The position numbers were made by a program, and so were the translations under genes. A DNA stretch of 64,000 bases from Myxococcota bacterium (GTDB taxonomy: Bacteria; Myxococcota_A; UBA796; CAJQPC01), in assembly GCA_036012755.1 (NCBI GenBank), contig DASCPX010000070.1, forward strand, positions 1 through 64,000, written 5' to 3'. The notes beneath the pieces were generated by a model, which saw only the letters and a program-made list of their open reading frames with translations, was not told the origin of the DNA and made no database searches. This document shows, piece by piece, positions 27,801 to 36,025 of the stretch (positions are counted from its first letter, which is position 1; every line of letters begins with the position of its first letter).

Positions 27801-30203
27801 GTGCTCGGCCAGGGCGATGGTCCCCCACTCGAGGGCCTCCCGATACCGCCTCTGCTGGACGTGACAGCGGACCGCGAGGCGCGCGACGGTCTCGCTCCCG
27901 AGCTCCTCCACGAAGCCGGCGGCCTCCTCGTCGGCGCCGGAGAGCCAGGCGCAGCGGAGGGCCTCCAGCTTGTCCTCGCGGGTCGGTTCGCGGAGGTGCA
28001 GGACGCGGGCCTGGTAGGCGCGGGCGGCCTGCGGCGCGCCGATGGCCCTGGCTCGTCGAGCAGCCTCGGCGTTGCGATCGGCCAGCTCCGCGCGTTCCTC
28101 GTCGGCGGAGGGAGCCCCGACGCGGTTGAGGTGATCGACGACGCGGAACAGGCCCTGGTCGTGGCTGAGACGGACGAGCCCGGCCTGCCGCTCGGTGGTC
28201 GCCCGCTGATCCGCATCGGCCCCCGACAGGATGCGGGCGCGCACGCGGTCATGGGCGAAGTGCCAACCTGCTGCGTCGGGATCCTCGGCCCTGCCGGCGT
28301 GCACCAGTCCCCGGTCCAGGCAGGGCCGGAGGAGGGACGTGACCGCTGCGATGTCGACGCGACGGAGCTCGGCGAGCATCTCGAGGCTCGCGGATGACCC
28401 GAGGCAGGCCGCGATCTCGAGGAGCCGGCGGCTGTCGGCCGGGAGGTCCTCGACCCTGGCGTCGATCATCTCGTCGATGTCGGCGCGGAGCCCGCCGGCG
28501 CCGAGCCGCACGATGTCCCAGGTCCAGGTGCCCGTGTCCGTGTCGAAGCGGAGCACATCCTGCTCGTGGAGCTGCTCCAACAGAAGCCGCGTAGCCATCG
28601 GCCAGCCCTCCGTGAGCGACAGGCACATGTCCGCCAGTGCTCGCGCCGCGTTCTCGTCGAGGCTCATCGCGTCGCCGCAGAGGGCCATCAGCGCGCTCGC
28701 GTCGAGGGGCTGCAACGGGATGCGGACGACGTCGAGGCCTGCGAGCAGACCGGGGTCCTGGCTCCCACCTACGATCAGCAGGTGGCGCAGGCTCGGGTCT
28801 CGCGTCAAGCTCGCCAGGAAGTCGATCGTGGCGTCGTCGGCCCGCTGTAGGTCGTCCAGCGCGAGGACGAGCGGCTGCTCCGCGCGACACAACGAGCGCA
28901 CGAAGTTGCGCAGCACTGTGTTGAAGCGGATCCCCGACCGCTCGGGATCCAGCGGAGACAGCGGCGGCATCTCCACCAGGCCCTCGAGCTCGAGCTCGAG
29001 GTCGGAGAGCGCGGCTGCCCGACCGTCCAGGGCCCGCTCCAGGCGGGCCGCCCAGACCTGCCGCTCCTCCACCGGGAGTCGACGGATGCGCCGGACGAGG
29101 TGCCGCAGCGCCGTGGCGAGGGCCGCGTAGGGCGTAGCGCCGCGCTCGGGCTCGAAGCGCCCGTACAGGAACAGGCCGCCCCTGCGCTGGACGGGCTCCC
29201 TGACGCTCTCGATCAGGTGGCTCTTGCCGCTGCCTTCGGGTCCCGTGACGAGGGCGACGGTCGCGATGGCGCGGCTCGCGGCGAGCGCCGCGGTGAGCTC
29301 GGTGAGCGCGCCCTCGCGGCCGTAGAGCTTGTCCTGGAAGCGGATCGCGGCCCCGTCGTGCCGTCCGAGCTCGAAGACCGCGATCGACGAGGACGACATG
29401 GCGCGTCGTTGGGTGCGCCGCAGATCCGCCTGGAGAGCCTCGGCGGACTGGTACCGGTCCTCTGGCGTCTTCGCGAGGCAGCGCTCGACGATGCGAGCCA
29501 GCACCTCGGGGATCTGGGGGTCGACGGACTCCAGCGGCTCTGGCGAACGGGCGAGGTGGGCGTGGACCATCTCGAGTCCGTCCGCGAAGTCGAAGGCCGG
29601 GCGGCCGCAGAACAGCTCATAGAGCACCGCGCCCATCGTGTAGAGATCCGCTCGGTGATCGAGCCTCCGGTTCATGCGGCCGGTCTGCTCCGGGGCGATG
29701 TATCGAAGGCCCCCGGCGGTGCGCCCCTGGATGCCCGTCGAGCGCTGGAGCGCCGGTGCGCGAGAGGCCCGCGCGAAGTCCACGATCGTCAGCCACAACA
29801 GATCGGGGTCGATGACGATGTTCTGGGGGCAGATGTCGAGATGGACGATGTCGCGGCGGTGGATGCGCCCGACGATCTCGGCCAGCTGGATCGACAGGTG
29901 CAGGATGATCTTCAGGTCGAAGTCGTGGGCGTTCCGCCAGTGGCCGAGGTGCAGCGGGCCGGCGTCAGCGGTCACGAGGGCAGGGAGGTCCTCGTCGGTG
30001 TGCGGGAAGTCGAGGGCCTCCGCGACGCCCGGGACCTGGAGGTCCTGCAGCAGCGTGAACTCGCTCTCGAGACGGACCGCGGCGTCCTCGCGGCCGACCT
30101 TGATGACGACGCTCGCGCCGTCCTCGTCGCGAACCGCCCGATACACCGTCGAGCGACGGCTGCGGCGGAACTCGCTCAGCTCCCGGTAGCCCTCGACTCG
30201 CAC
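24831..30203 (-). CDS. Hybrid Ser/Thr kinase - P-loop ATPase - GAF - PAS - histidine kinase (HstK-type)
   Basis: HLDICPQN, DFA and YIAPEQTGRMNR (kinase); GPEGSGKS and LALDDLQRAD (ATPase); AISSEVEL GAF; PAS; ASHDLKSP H-box, QLFQNIVGNAVKY, DNGIG and GNGIGLAICKKIV. Confidence 0.93.
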   Translation of the reverse strand: MRVEGYRELSEFRRSRRSTVYRAVRDEDGASVVIKVGREDAAVRLESEFTLLQDLQVPGVAEALDFPHTDEDLPALVTADAGPLHLGHWRNAHDFDLKIILHLSIQLAEIVGRIHRRDIVHLDICPQNIVIDPDLLWLTIVDFARASRAPALQRSTGIQGRTAGGLRYIAPEQTGRMNRRLDHRADLYTMGAVLYELFCGRPAFDFADGLEMVHAHLARSPEPLESVDPQIPEVLARIVERCLAKTPEDRYQSAEALQADLRRTQRRAMSSSSIAVFELGRHDGAAIRFQDKLYGREGALTELTAALAASRAIATVALVTGPEGSGKSHLIESVREPVQRRGGLFLYGRFEPERGATPYAALATALRHLVRRIRRLPVEERQVWAARLERALDGRAAALSDLELELEGLVEMPPLSPLDPERSGIRFNTVLRNFVRSLCRAEQPLVLALDDLQRADDATIDFLASLTRDPSLRHLLIVGGSQDPGLLAGLDVVRIPLQPLDASALMALCGDAMSLDENAARALADMCLSLTEGWPMATRLLLEQLHEQDVLRFDTDTGTWTWDIVRLGAGGLRADIDEMIDARVEDLPADSRRLLEIAACLGSSASLEMLAELRRVDIAAVTSLLRPCLDRGLVHAGRAEDPDAAGWHFAHDRVRARILSGADADQRATTERQAGLVRLSHDQGLFRVVDHLNRVGAPSADEERAELADRNAEAARRARAIGAPQAARAYQARVLHLREPTREDKLEALRCAWLSGADEEAAGFVEELGSETVARLAVRCHVQQRRYREALEWGTIALAEHDVALPAELDRAIAEDLLRIETGARPPRDLLITPACTDADAIALGELLGELVNAAFFTDPYLFSWLQVRMALHSLEHGPMPNAAYAWTWVGVVLATRLDEPESGWALGRLGSELAELADAAERARVLFTFANHLNHWQVHLRTNRPMLQEAGEFAAAAGDAHFSAYARAADALIALSLGTPLDEVLRDTRSALQFCATALPPARGSSEPVVDVLTVLRQTVLSFQGRSFGPGLLDDASFELSAFLASADLNATSSALVESLQLMLAVHNEHFDAAARRYEATRPAALQGAIQLADHLFHGAVALAALDRRADLVPLRRELATWTETAPANFRHRLWLIDAEIARLEDRHIEAVELYDRAIDRAGDQGFVHDEALANARASRFHEMRGWDRFATVYHEAALSVAERWGRARPRPTRPRAQAREGSELDLMSVLEAAEAISSEVELGALLDRLMRVCLQAAGANRGVLLLERESDRAVVRVIGSLQGADYRVDLIEEDLDSSSHVPFGVVERVRRTWDAVVVDDAQHGELADDDHVRTTGVKSLLVLPIQRQSTLIGVFVLENTLVSHAFTPSHIGVLELLSSQIAISLAQSLMFEQLMEEIRERTLAEKALRRSELKYQSLYEHAPDVFVLWDARTRRIAQCNATTAELLGHAPKSLSGVPILDLFHPAAHGVVEAVLADFDRDGEIEGARLLAMHADGHTIPVLVNASAVREGDRVLYCQAVLRDITALEEARAQLEQANEDLEERVLLRTRQLSAANADLAYSNNELRQFAYLASHDLKSPIRRVASYLQLLQRRHGEVLDPGAHHYIDKAIESSVRMQALIDDVLAYSQVGRDRRPPGEVRSDRALQAAMENLSVELAESDAAVEAPDSMPVVLANETRLIQLFQNIVGNAVKYRDPGRSPVITVEASTIEGYVEFVVRDNGIGFDPDYNTRIFTIFKRLHHRSEYGGNGIGLAICKKIVEMHGGRIWAESEPGDGSTFHFTLPGAQR

Positions 30204-30233
30204 TGAGACGATTCTACGCCTTCGGGGACGCTT

Positions 30234-31472
30234 CTAGCGGTCCCGCTTGATCAAGAGCTTCACTTCCGCGAGGAGTTCGCTCGCGTCTTCGTCCGAGGGG
30301 TCCTGCTCCAGCAGGCGCTCCAGCCGGTTCCAGGACCGCACGAGGTCCCCCTCCGCGGCGTCGGCGCGTGCGCGCAGGAGCTGGACCTCGCTGGCGTGGC
30401 CGCCCATCGACTCGGCGAGCGCGAGGAGCTCGAGAGCTCGGACCTTGCGGGGCCCTTCGCGCCTGGCCGCGTCGTTGTAGGTGGCCCAGCCGAGCCAGGC
30501 GATGTTCTGGGCGTTCTCCGATTGCTTGCGCGCCATGGCGAAGCACCGCGCGGCGAGTGTCCACTCTCGTGCGGCGGCGCGGCGTCGTCCCTCGCCCATC
30601 GGGTCCTGGCGCAGCCTGGCCTCGGCGTGGGTCATCGCCTTGCCCGACTTGATGTTGGTGACGGCGATGTTCACCCGTCGACGGATCCGCGAGGCGAGCT
30701 CACGGCTCTCGGCAGAGGATCGCGTGTCCCGAGCGGCCTTGTCGTAGCGGCTGAGCATGCGGAGGCAGGCACGCTCGATGATGGCGGGGTCCATGGTCGG
30801 GTTGGCGCCGATGACGGTCCAGTCGTCCGCGCCCCGCACCAGATCCCAGTCCCGCTGCAGCCGACGCAGCGCCATCGCCTCCGACGCCGGAGTTCGCGGC
30901 GTGCGCTTGCGCAGGGGCACCGAGCGTGGTCGATGCCGACCCCGATTGGCGGCGCGCCGCAGACGGAAGAAGCCGATGGCGACCAGCGCGCTGAGCTCTG
31001 CAGCGACCGTGGCGACGGGCACATCGGCGCTCGCGATGAGGTCGAGCAGCGTCAGGCGCGGGGAGTTGGGCTGGGCGAGCACGCGCCGGGTGGTCATCGC
31101 CAGCGGGAGGCGCACGGCCGCGACGGCACTGGAGCGCTGGACCCAAGCGGCGTCGAGGGCGTCCCGCAGGGCCTCTGGATTCGCCGCTGCCATTGCGCAG
31201 GCCCAGAGGTCGGGGGCCAGGTCCGTACTCGCGTTGGCGAGCACCTCCACCTGCTCGAAGGAGGCCTCTCCGACGTAGACGATGCGAATCGCCGCCTGGA
31301 GGCTCCCTCGGTCCACGGGCTTGCCCTCGAGCAGGCGCGCGGAGCTCTCCACGACGGGTGAGCTGAAGATCCCGCTATCGCCTTTCACCCAGGCGCGCGC
31401 GAGCAGGCGCAGGGACGCCAGGTCTGGCCTTATGTCGGGGTGGAGCGAAGGATCGGTCACTGGCGCACGCAT
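30234..31472 (-). CDS. Protein with an HPD-less J-domain-like segment and C-terminal TPRs (paralogue 1)
   Basis: DDWTVIGANPTMDPAIIERACLRMLSRY resembles J-domain helices I-II; TPR-like AWLGWATY and SWNRLERLLEQDP. Confidence 0.65.
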   Translation of the reverse strand: MRAPVTDPSLHPDIRPDLASLRLLARAWVKGDSGIFSSPVVESSARLLEGKPVDRGSLQAAIRIVYVGEASFEQVEVLANASTDLAPDLWACAMAAANPEALRDALDAAWVQRSSAVAAVRLPLAMTTRRVLAQPNSPRLTLLDLIASADVPVATVAAELSALVAIGFFRLRRAANRGRHRPRSVPLRKRTPRTPASEAMALRRLQRDWDLVRGADDWTVIGANPTMDPAIIERACLRMLSRYDKAARDTRSSAESRELASRIRRRVNIAVTNIKSGKAMTHAEARLRQDPMGEGRRRAAAREWTLAARCFAMARKQSENAQNIAWLGWATYNDAARREGPRKVRALELLALAESMGGHASEVQLLRARADAAEGDLVRSWNRLERLLEQDPSDEDASELLAEVKLLIKRDR

Positions 31473-31506
31473 ATTTCAAGGATCCGCACTCCGCCATTTC
31501 AGTCGA

Positions 31507-31950
31507 TTAAATACTCGGGAGTTCGGCGTGACGGAACCAGAACGTCACCAGGGCGCGGACCTGCTCGACCAGCTCCTCGTAGAGCACCGGTTTCATGAGG
31601 AACGCGTTCACTCCGAGGTCATAGGCCCGGGCGATGTCGTTCTCTGACCAGGATGTCGTCATCACGACGACCGGGATGCGCCAGAGGTTCTCGTAGTCGT
31701 GGAGCTTCGCCAGCGCCTCCATTCCCTCCATGCGGGGCATCTGCAGGTCGAGCAGGATGAGGCTGGGGTCGGGGTAGGCATCACGGTCCGTGAACCGATC
31801 CCGGCGATGCAGGTAGTCGAGCAGCTCGGTTCCGTCGTCGACGAAGACCACCGGGTGCGCGAAGCCCGCGTCGGCGAGCGCCTCCGCGAGGAGCTCCTGG
31901 TCATCCCGGTCGTCGTCGACGACCAGGAGCGACAGCGTACGTTCCGTCAT
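31507..31950 (-). CDS. Single-domain response regulator (Rcp1-like)
   Basis: LVVDDD, ILLDLQMPRMEG, VVMTTS, KP and C-terminal FWF; TGATG coupling. Confidence 0.92.
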   Translation of the reverse strand: MTERTLSLLVVDDDRDDQELLAEALADAGFAHPVVFVDDGTELLDYLHRRDRFTDRDAYPDPSLILLDLQMPRMEGMEALAKLHDYENLWRIPVVVMTTSWSENDIARAYDLGVNAFLMKPVLYEELVEQVRALVTFWFRHAELPSI

Positions 31951-33278
31951 CAGCGCTCCTTGTTGATCTCCTGCCGCACCTCCAGCAGCAGGGCGCGTCC
32001 ATCGACATGGTCGGGGGCTAACTTCATCAGCTTCTCGAGCCTGTTCCAGCTCCGCAGCAGGTCGCCTTCGAGGAACTCGATCCGGGCCATCAGGAAGATG
32101 GGGTCCGGGAGGAACTCCGCCGAGCTCACGGCCATCTCGACGAGGTCGCGCCCCTTGCGGCGGCGGTCGCCACGCGGCCTCGACGGGTCGTTGTAGATCA
32201 TCCAACCCAGCCACGCCTGGGCGATGGGGGAGCCCGTGTCCTGCCGGGCCTTGGCGAAGCACTTCAGCGCGAGGTCGATGCGGCCCTCGCGGAAGAGGCG
32301 CTGCCCCTCCTCGAGGGGATCGCCCATGACCACTGTGCTGGCTGCTTCCGCTTTTCCATCCTGGATCCGCCCGACCGCGAGCAGGACGCGGGCGTGGATC
32401 TCCTGGGCGAGATCGCGGACGTGGCCGGGCAGCCGATCGTCGTCCATCAGCTTCGCGTAGCGCGAGGTCATGCGCTCACAGGCCCGCTCGATGTTCTCTC
32501 GGGGCATGCGGGCGTTGGCCCCGATGACCGTCCAGTCGTCGGCGGCGTTCACGAGGTCGAGCTCGCGCAGCAGCCGGGCGTTGAGCTGCTGGATCTTCTT
32601 TCGGGAGGCCTCCGATGGCCGACGGACCGCGCGCTCGGGCTTCGCCTTGGGCGGTGGTCGGCGAGGCGGTGGCTTGCTCTCTGGCCTGGTGCCTTTCTTC
32701 AGGGACCAGCTCGAGCGCCTCGGACGGGCCCCGCCGCCAGCCGGTTGCCGCAGTCGAAGCGCGCCGAGGGTGACGAGGGTGGCGAGGTCCTCCGCGATCC
32801 CCGACAGGCGCAGGTCCGCCTGCGTGATCAGGTCCCCGAGGCTCTCGCGCGGGTCGTGGCGCACGGCGAGCAGCTTCCGTGTCATCGGCGCCAGCGGGAA
32901 CAGCCCGACCGCCTGGATGGCAGGTCCGTCGACCAGGGTGGCGTCCAGGCTGTCACCGTCGATGACCTGCTCACCGGAGTTGCTCCTGGCGGCGTGCCAG
33001 AGGTGCGGGGCCAGGCTGGGCTCCGGGCGGTTGGAGAAGGCGTCGCCCTCCTTGAACTGGATTCCGCTGGAGTAGAGCGACTGCACGATGAAGGCGAGGC
33101 TCTCTGCGTCCCGGGGCTCTCCGTGCAGGAGCAGCCCCCGGCCGGAGAGGTGCTCGCATCGCACGACCCCGCTCTTCCGCCCTCCCCAGGCGCGGGCCAC
33201 CACCGCCAGCGCCTCGGCGTTCGCCACGCCGCCGGTTGGATGCAGCGCCGCCTCGGCGGGATCGCGGAAGTCCGACAT
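31950..33278 (-). CDS. Protein with an HPD-less J-domain-like segment and C-terminal TPRs (paralogue 2)
   Basis: DDWTVIGANARMPRENIERACERMTSRY; AQAWLGWMIYNDP; EGDLLRSWNRLEKL. Clearly similar to 30234..31472. Confidence 0.68.
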   Translation of the reverse strand: MSDFRDPAEAALHPTGGVANAEALAVVARAWGGRKSGVVRCEHLSGRGLLLHGEPRDAESLAFIVQSLYSSGIQFKEGDAFSNRPEPSLAPHLWHAARSNSGEQVIDGDSLDATLVDGPAIQAVGLFPLAPMTRKLLAVRHDPRESLGDLITQADLRLSGIAEDLATLVTLGALRLRQPAGGGARPRRSSWSLKKGTRPESKPPPRRPPPKAKPERAVRRPSEASRKKIQQLNARLLRELDLVNAADDWTVIGANARMPRENIERACERMTSRYAKLMDDDRLPGHVRDLAQEIHARVLLAVGRIQDGKAEAASTVVMGDPLEEGQRLFREGRIDLALKCFAKARQDTGSPIAQAWLGWMIYNDPSRPRGDRRRKGRDLVEMAVSSAEFLPDPIFLMARIEFLEGDLLRSWNRLEKLMKLAPDHVDGRALLLEVRQEINKER

Positions 33279-33688
33279 CAGCCGCCGCGGGCCGGGGAGG
33301 GGATCTCCGAGAGCTCGAACCAGTACTGTACGAGCCCTCGCGCCGTGTCCATGAGCTCGTCATAGAGCACCGGCTTGATGATGAAGCTGTTTGCGCCCAG
33401 CTGGTAGCTGGCGGCGACGTCGTCCTCTGACCAGCTCGTCGTCATCACCACCACCGGCACGGCTGGATGACGGGCACGGAGCTGCTTCAGCGCGTCGAGG
33501 CCGTGGAGGCGGGGCATGTGGAGATCGAGCACGACCAGGTGGGGCATGGAGGACGCCAGCTGCTCGAGCATGGCTTCACCGTCCTCGACACCCACGACTT
33601 CGCCCTCGAAGCCGATGTCCGAGAAGGCCTCGCGCAAGAGATCCAGGTCGTCTGGGTCGTCGTCGACGACGAGGATGACAGGCGTCAT
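33278..33688 (-). CDS. Single-domain response regulator (Rcp1-like)
   Basis: LVVDDD, VVLDLHMPRLHG, VVMTTSWSEDD and KPVLY...YWF; ATGA-coupled start at 33688. Confidence 0.92.
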   Translation of the reverse strand: MTPVILVVDDDPDDLDLLREAFSDIGFEGEVVGVEDGEAMLEQLASSMPHLVVLDLHMPRLHGLDALKQLRARHPAVPVVVMTTSWSEDDVAASYQLGANSFIIKPVLYDELMDTARGLVQYWFELSEIPSPARGG

Positions 33689-34461
33689 GAACTCCATCCT
33701 GAGTAGCTGTAGACCACGTTCCGGCTACTCCGAGCAGCCAGCCATCGCTTCAAGTCCCTCACATCATCGCGCGGTGTGGACCATTTTCGCTGGCGCGACA
33801 TCGAAAAGCCGTGAGACGCGGTGGGCACGGGGACGTCGACAGCGATCGGATCATCGACCCGAACGGGACCCCGGCCGCGGCTCGCGCGCGAGAGGACCGC
33901 GCTGATCCAGGGGCCGCTGCCCTCGTGCAACACGGGGCCGATCTCTCCACGGACGAGCTCGACGAGCTCGAGCTCCTCGAGCTCGCGGAGCAGACGCCAG
34001 GCCTCCGCGACGGGGCGCTCGCCCAGCAGGTCGCGGAGCTGGATCAGCTCGGGGGGATCGCCGTCGAGGTCGAGGCGCAGCGTCCAGCGGACGAAGCTCG
34101 GCAGGGCGAGCTCCACGCGGTCGATGACGAACTCCCAGCGCGCTGGTGGTCCCGGGTCGACCAGGGCGGCGTGCGGTGGCGGGACCACCAGGGGCTCGAT
34201 CTCGCGGATCGCCCTGAGGTAGCGGGCCTTTTCGGCGACGGCCTCGCCGAGGTGCGCCATGCGCTGCAGCAGGTCATCGGCCAGGTCGTGGTCCACTCGC
34301 ACCCGCAGCCACTCGTCGGCGTGGGGCCACCCGCTGTCCGGGCAGAGCCGCAGCCTCGTGTGGGGAGGGCGGATCGCGATCGCCTCCTGGTGTCGCGCGA
34401 TGTCCCTCCACGAGGGGAAGAAGAGGTTCAGCCTCAGGGCGCGGAGGGCGCGGGCGCTCAC
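33685..34461 (-). CDS. Hypothetical protein
   Basis: GTGA-coupled start, protein-like composition, and stop overlapping the response regulator start. Confidence 0.6.
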   Translation of the reverse strand: MSARALRALRLNLFFPSWRDIARHQEAIAIRPPHTRLRLCPDSGWPHADEWLRVRVDHDLADDLLQRMAHLGEAVAEKARYLRAIREIEPLVVPPPHAALVDPGPPARWEFVIDRVELALPSFVRWTLRLDLDGDPPELIQLRDLLGERPVAEAWRLLRELEELELVELVRGEIGPVLHEGSGPWISAVLSRASRGRGPVRVDDPIAVDVPVPTASHGFSMSRQRKWSTPRDDVRDLKRWLAARSSRNVVYSYSGWSS

Positions 34462-34955
34462 GACAGGAGGTCCTCGACCTCGCGCAGGGCCGCCCTGCGC
34501 TCTGCGGCCTCCTCGTCCAGCTCGCGCATGCGGAGGTCGAGCTTGTCGATGTGCTCGCTCACGAAGCGCGCGCTTTCGTCGGCGAGGGTGCATGCCCACT
34601 CCATCCCCTGCCTGAGCTCGGCGCGGGCCTTCGGGTCGATGCCCGCGGCCTTGCGGGTCCAGTCCATCTCCACCCCGTAGCCGTCGAGGGCGAAGCGGCC
34701 GGCCTCTCGTAGGCCCCGAAGGTCGTCCCGACAACGAAGGAAGCCTGCTCGGAGCTCTCGCAGGAGGCTGTCGTCGGGGCTGACGGCGAGCTCCTCGGTC
34801 AACAGCTCCAGGTCGGCCTCCACGAGGTCCAGGTGGTGCTCGATCGCGCGCACTCGGGCGAAGGTGCGCTCGTAGCGTGACCAGGTGGTGCCTGGCTCCT
34901 CTGCGAGCGCTGCCCACATCTCGTCACGGAAGCGGCGCTCTGCTCGGGCGACCAT
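34458..34955 (-). CDS. Hypothetical coiled-coil protein
   Basis: Heptad-rich helical sequence filling the gap between coupled genes; start uncertain. Confidence 0.6.
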   Translation of the reverse strand: MVARAERRFRDEMWAALAEEPGTTWSRYERTFARVRAIEHHLDLVEADLELLTEELAVSPDDSLLRELRAGFLRCRDDLRGLREAGRFALDGYGVEMDWTRKAAGIDPKARAELRQGMEWACTLADESARFVSEHIDKLDLRMRELDEEAAERRAALREVEDLLS

Positions 34956-34966
34956 CTCCAGGGCTA

Positions 34967-36025
34967 CTAGTCGGACCCGGGACACTCTTCGACGACCTCG
35001 CGATCCCGCTCTTTGAGCGTGATGTAGTCTTGGTGCTCTGCCGTGATGTCCTCGCCCTTGAGGAACAGGCAAAGGGGCTCGCCGTCGCTCGGGCAGGGCT
35101 CGCACTCCACGCCGGAGCCGGACACGAGCTCGCAGACGTAGTTCGGGTCGTCCGCTTCGTCGAACATCGGCGCCATGTTGCGAGTGTCTCCAAGACCCCA
35201 GAGCTTCGCGCCGCCGAAGCTCTCTCCGTCGGGTGAGAAGGTGCCCTCGATGTGGAAGTCGTGGACCGGGATCTCGGCGCCGTCGTAGCGGATCGTCACC
35301 AGCTCGGCGGTGCCGGAGAAGAAGGGGTCGTTGAAGCTCACCTCTTGGAAGGGCCACGTGGCGACGGTGTACTTCACGTCGTCGACGGTCTCCGTGCACT
35401 TCTGGATGTAGGTGCCGTCGTTCTTGAGCCGCCCCTGGGCGCCGAGCATGTCGAAGGTGGTGCCGTCCGGGCTGAGCTCCTGCACGCCGATGAGGATGGG
35501 CACGTCCAGGTAGAGCCCCAGGAAGGAGCCGAAGCCGGCGGGCTCCGTGAAGTCCACGTCATCGAGCTCGACGACGTAGGCCCGGCCCTCCAGATCGGTG
35601 GCCTCGATGTCGAGGGCGTCCCCGTAGGAGTCGGTCGAGAAGGTGGAGGTGTAGGTCACGTCGCAGACGGTGATGTCCAGCGCGTAGTCCGTGTCCGCGT
35701 GCAGGTAGCCCTGGGGTGTGAGATCCACGATCTGGTCGGTCACGTTCCAGGACTCGATGAGCGCGGGCTCGTGGACGGCGACGCCGGTGTCGGTGGGGGT
35801 GCTGCGGAGGGCGAAGGCGGTGTCCTCGACGGGCTCGGTGAAGGTCACTCGCAGGCTGTCTCGCCAGTAGACGCCCGAGCCCCCGTCCTTCGGCGAGATC
35901 TCCTCCGGCACCGTCATGCAGTCATCGAGGACCTCTGAGTCGTCCCCGGCGCTGTCGTTGGTGGTGATCGTCGAGTCGGTGATGGGGGTGGTCTTGTTGC
36001 AGGCCAACAGACAGAGGAGTGTCAT
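34967..36025 (-). CDS. Lipoprotein with an Ig-like domain
   Basis: MTLLCLLAC (ATGA coupled); ISPKDG...LRVTFTEPV...LTPQGYL...TSTFST. Confidence 0.78.
   Translation of the reverse strand: MTLLCLLACNKTTPITDSTITTNDSAGDDSEVLDDCMTVPEEISPKDGGSGVYWRDSLRVTFTEPVEDTAFALRSTPTDTGVAVHEPALIESWNVTDQIVDLTPQGYLHADTDYALDITVCDVTYTSTFSTDSYGDALDIEATDLEGRAYVVELDDVDFTEPAGFGSFLGLYLDVPILIGVQELSPDGTTFDMLGAQGRLKNDGTYIQKCTETVDDVKYTVATWPFQEVSFNDPFFSGTAELVTIRYDGAEIPVHDFHIEGTFSPDGESFGGAKLWGLGDTRNMAPMFDEADDPNYVCELVSGSGVECEPCPSDGEPLCLFLKGEDITAEHQDYITLKERDREVVEECPGSD

Noticed and set aside
30234..33278. Bona fide DnaJ co-chaperones
   Set aside because: The HPD motif is absent in all copies.
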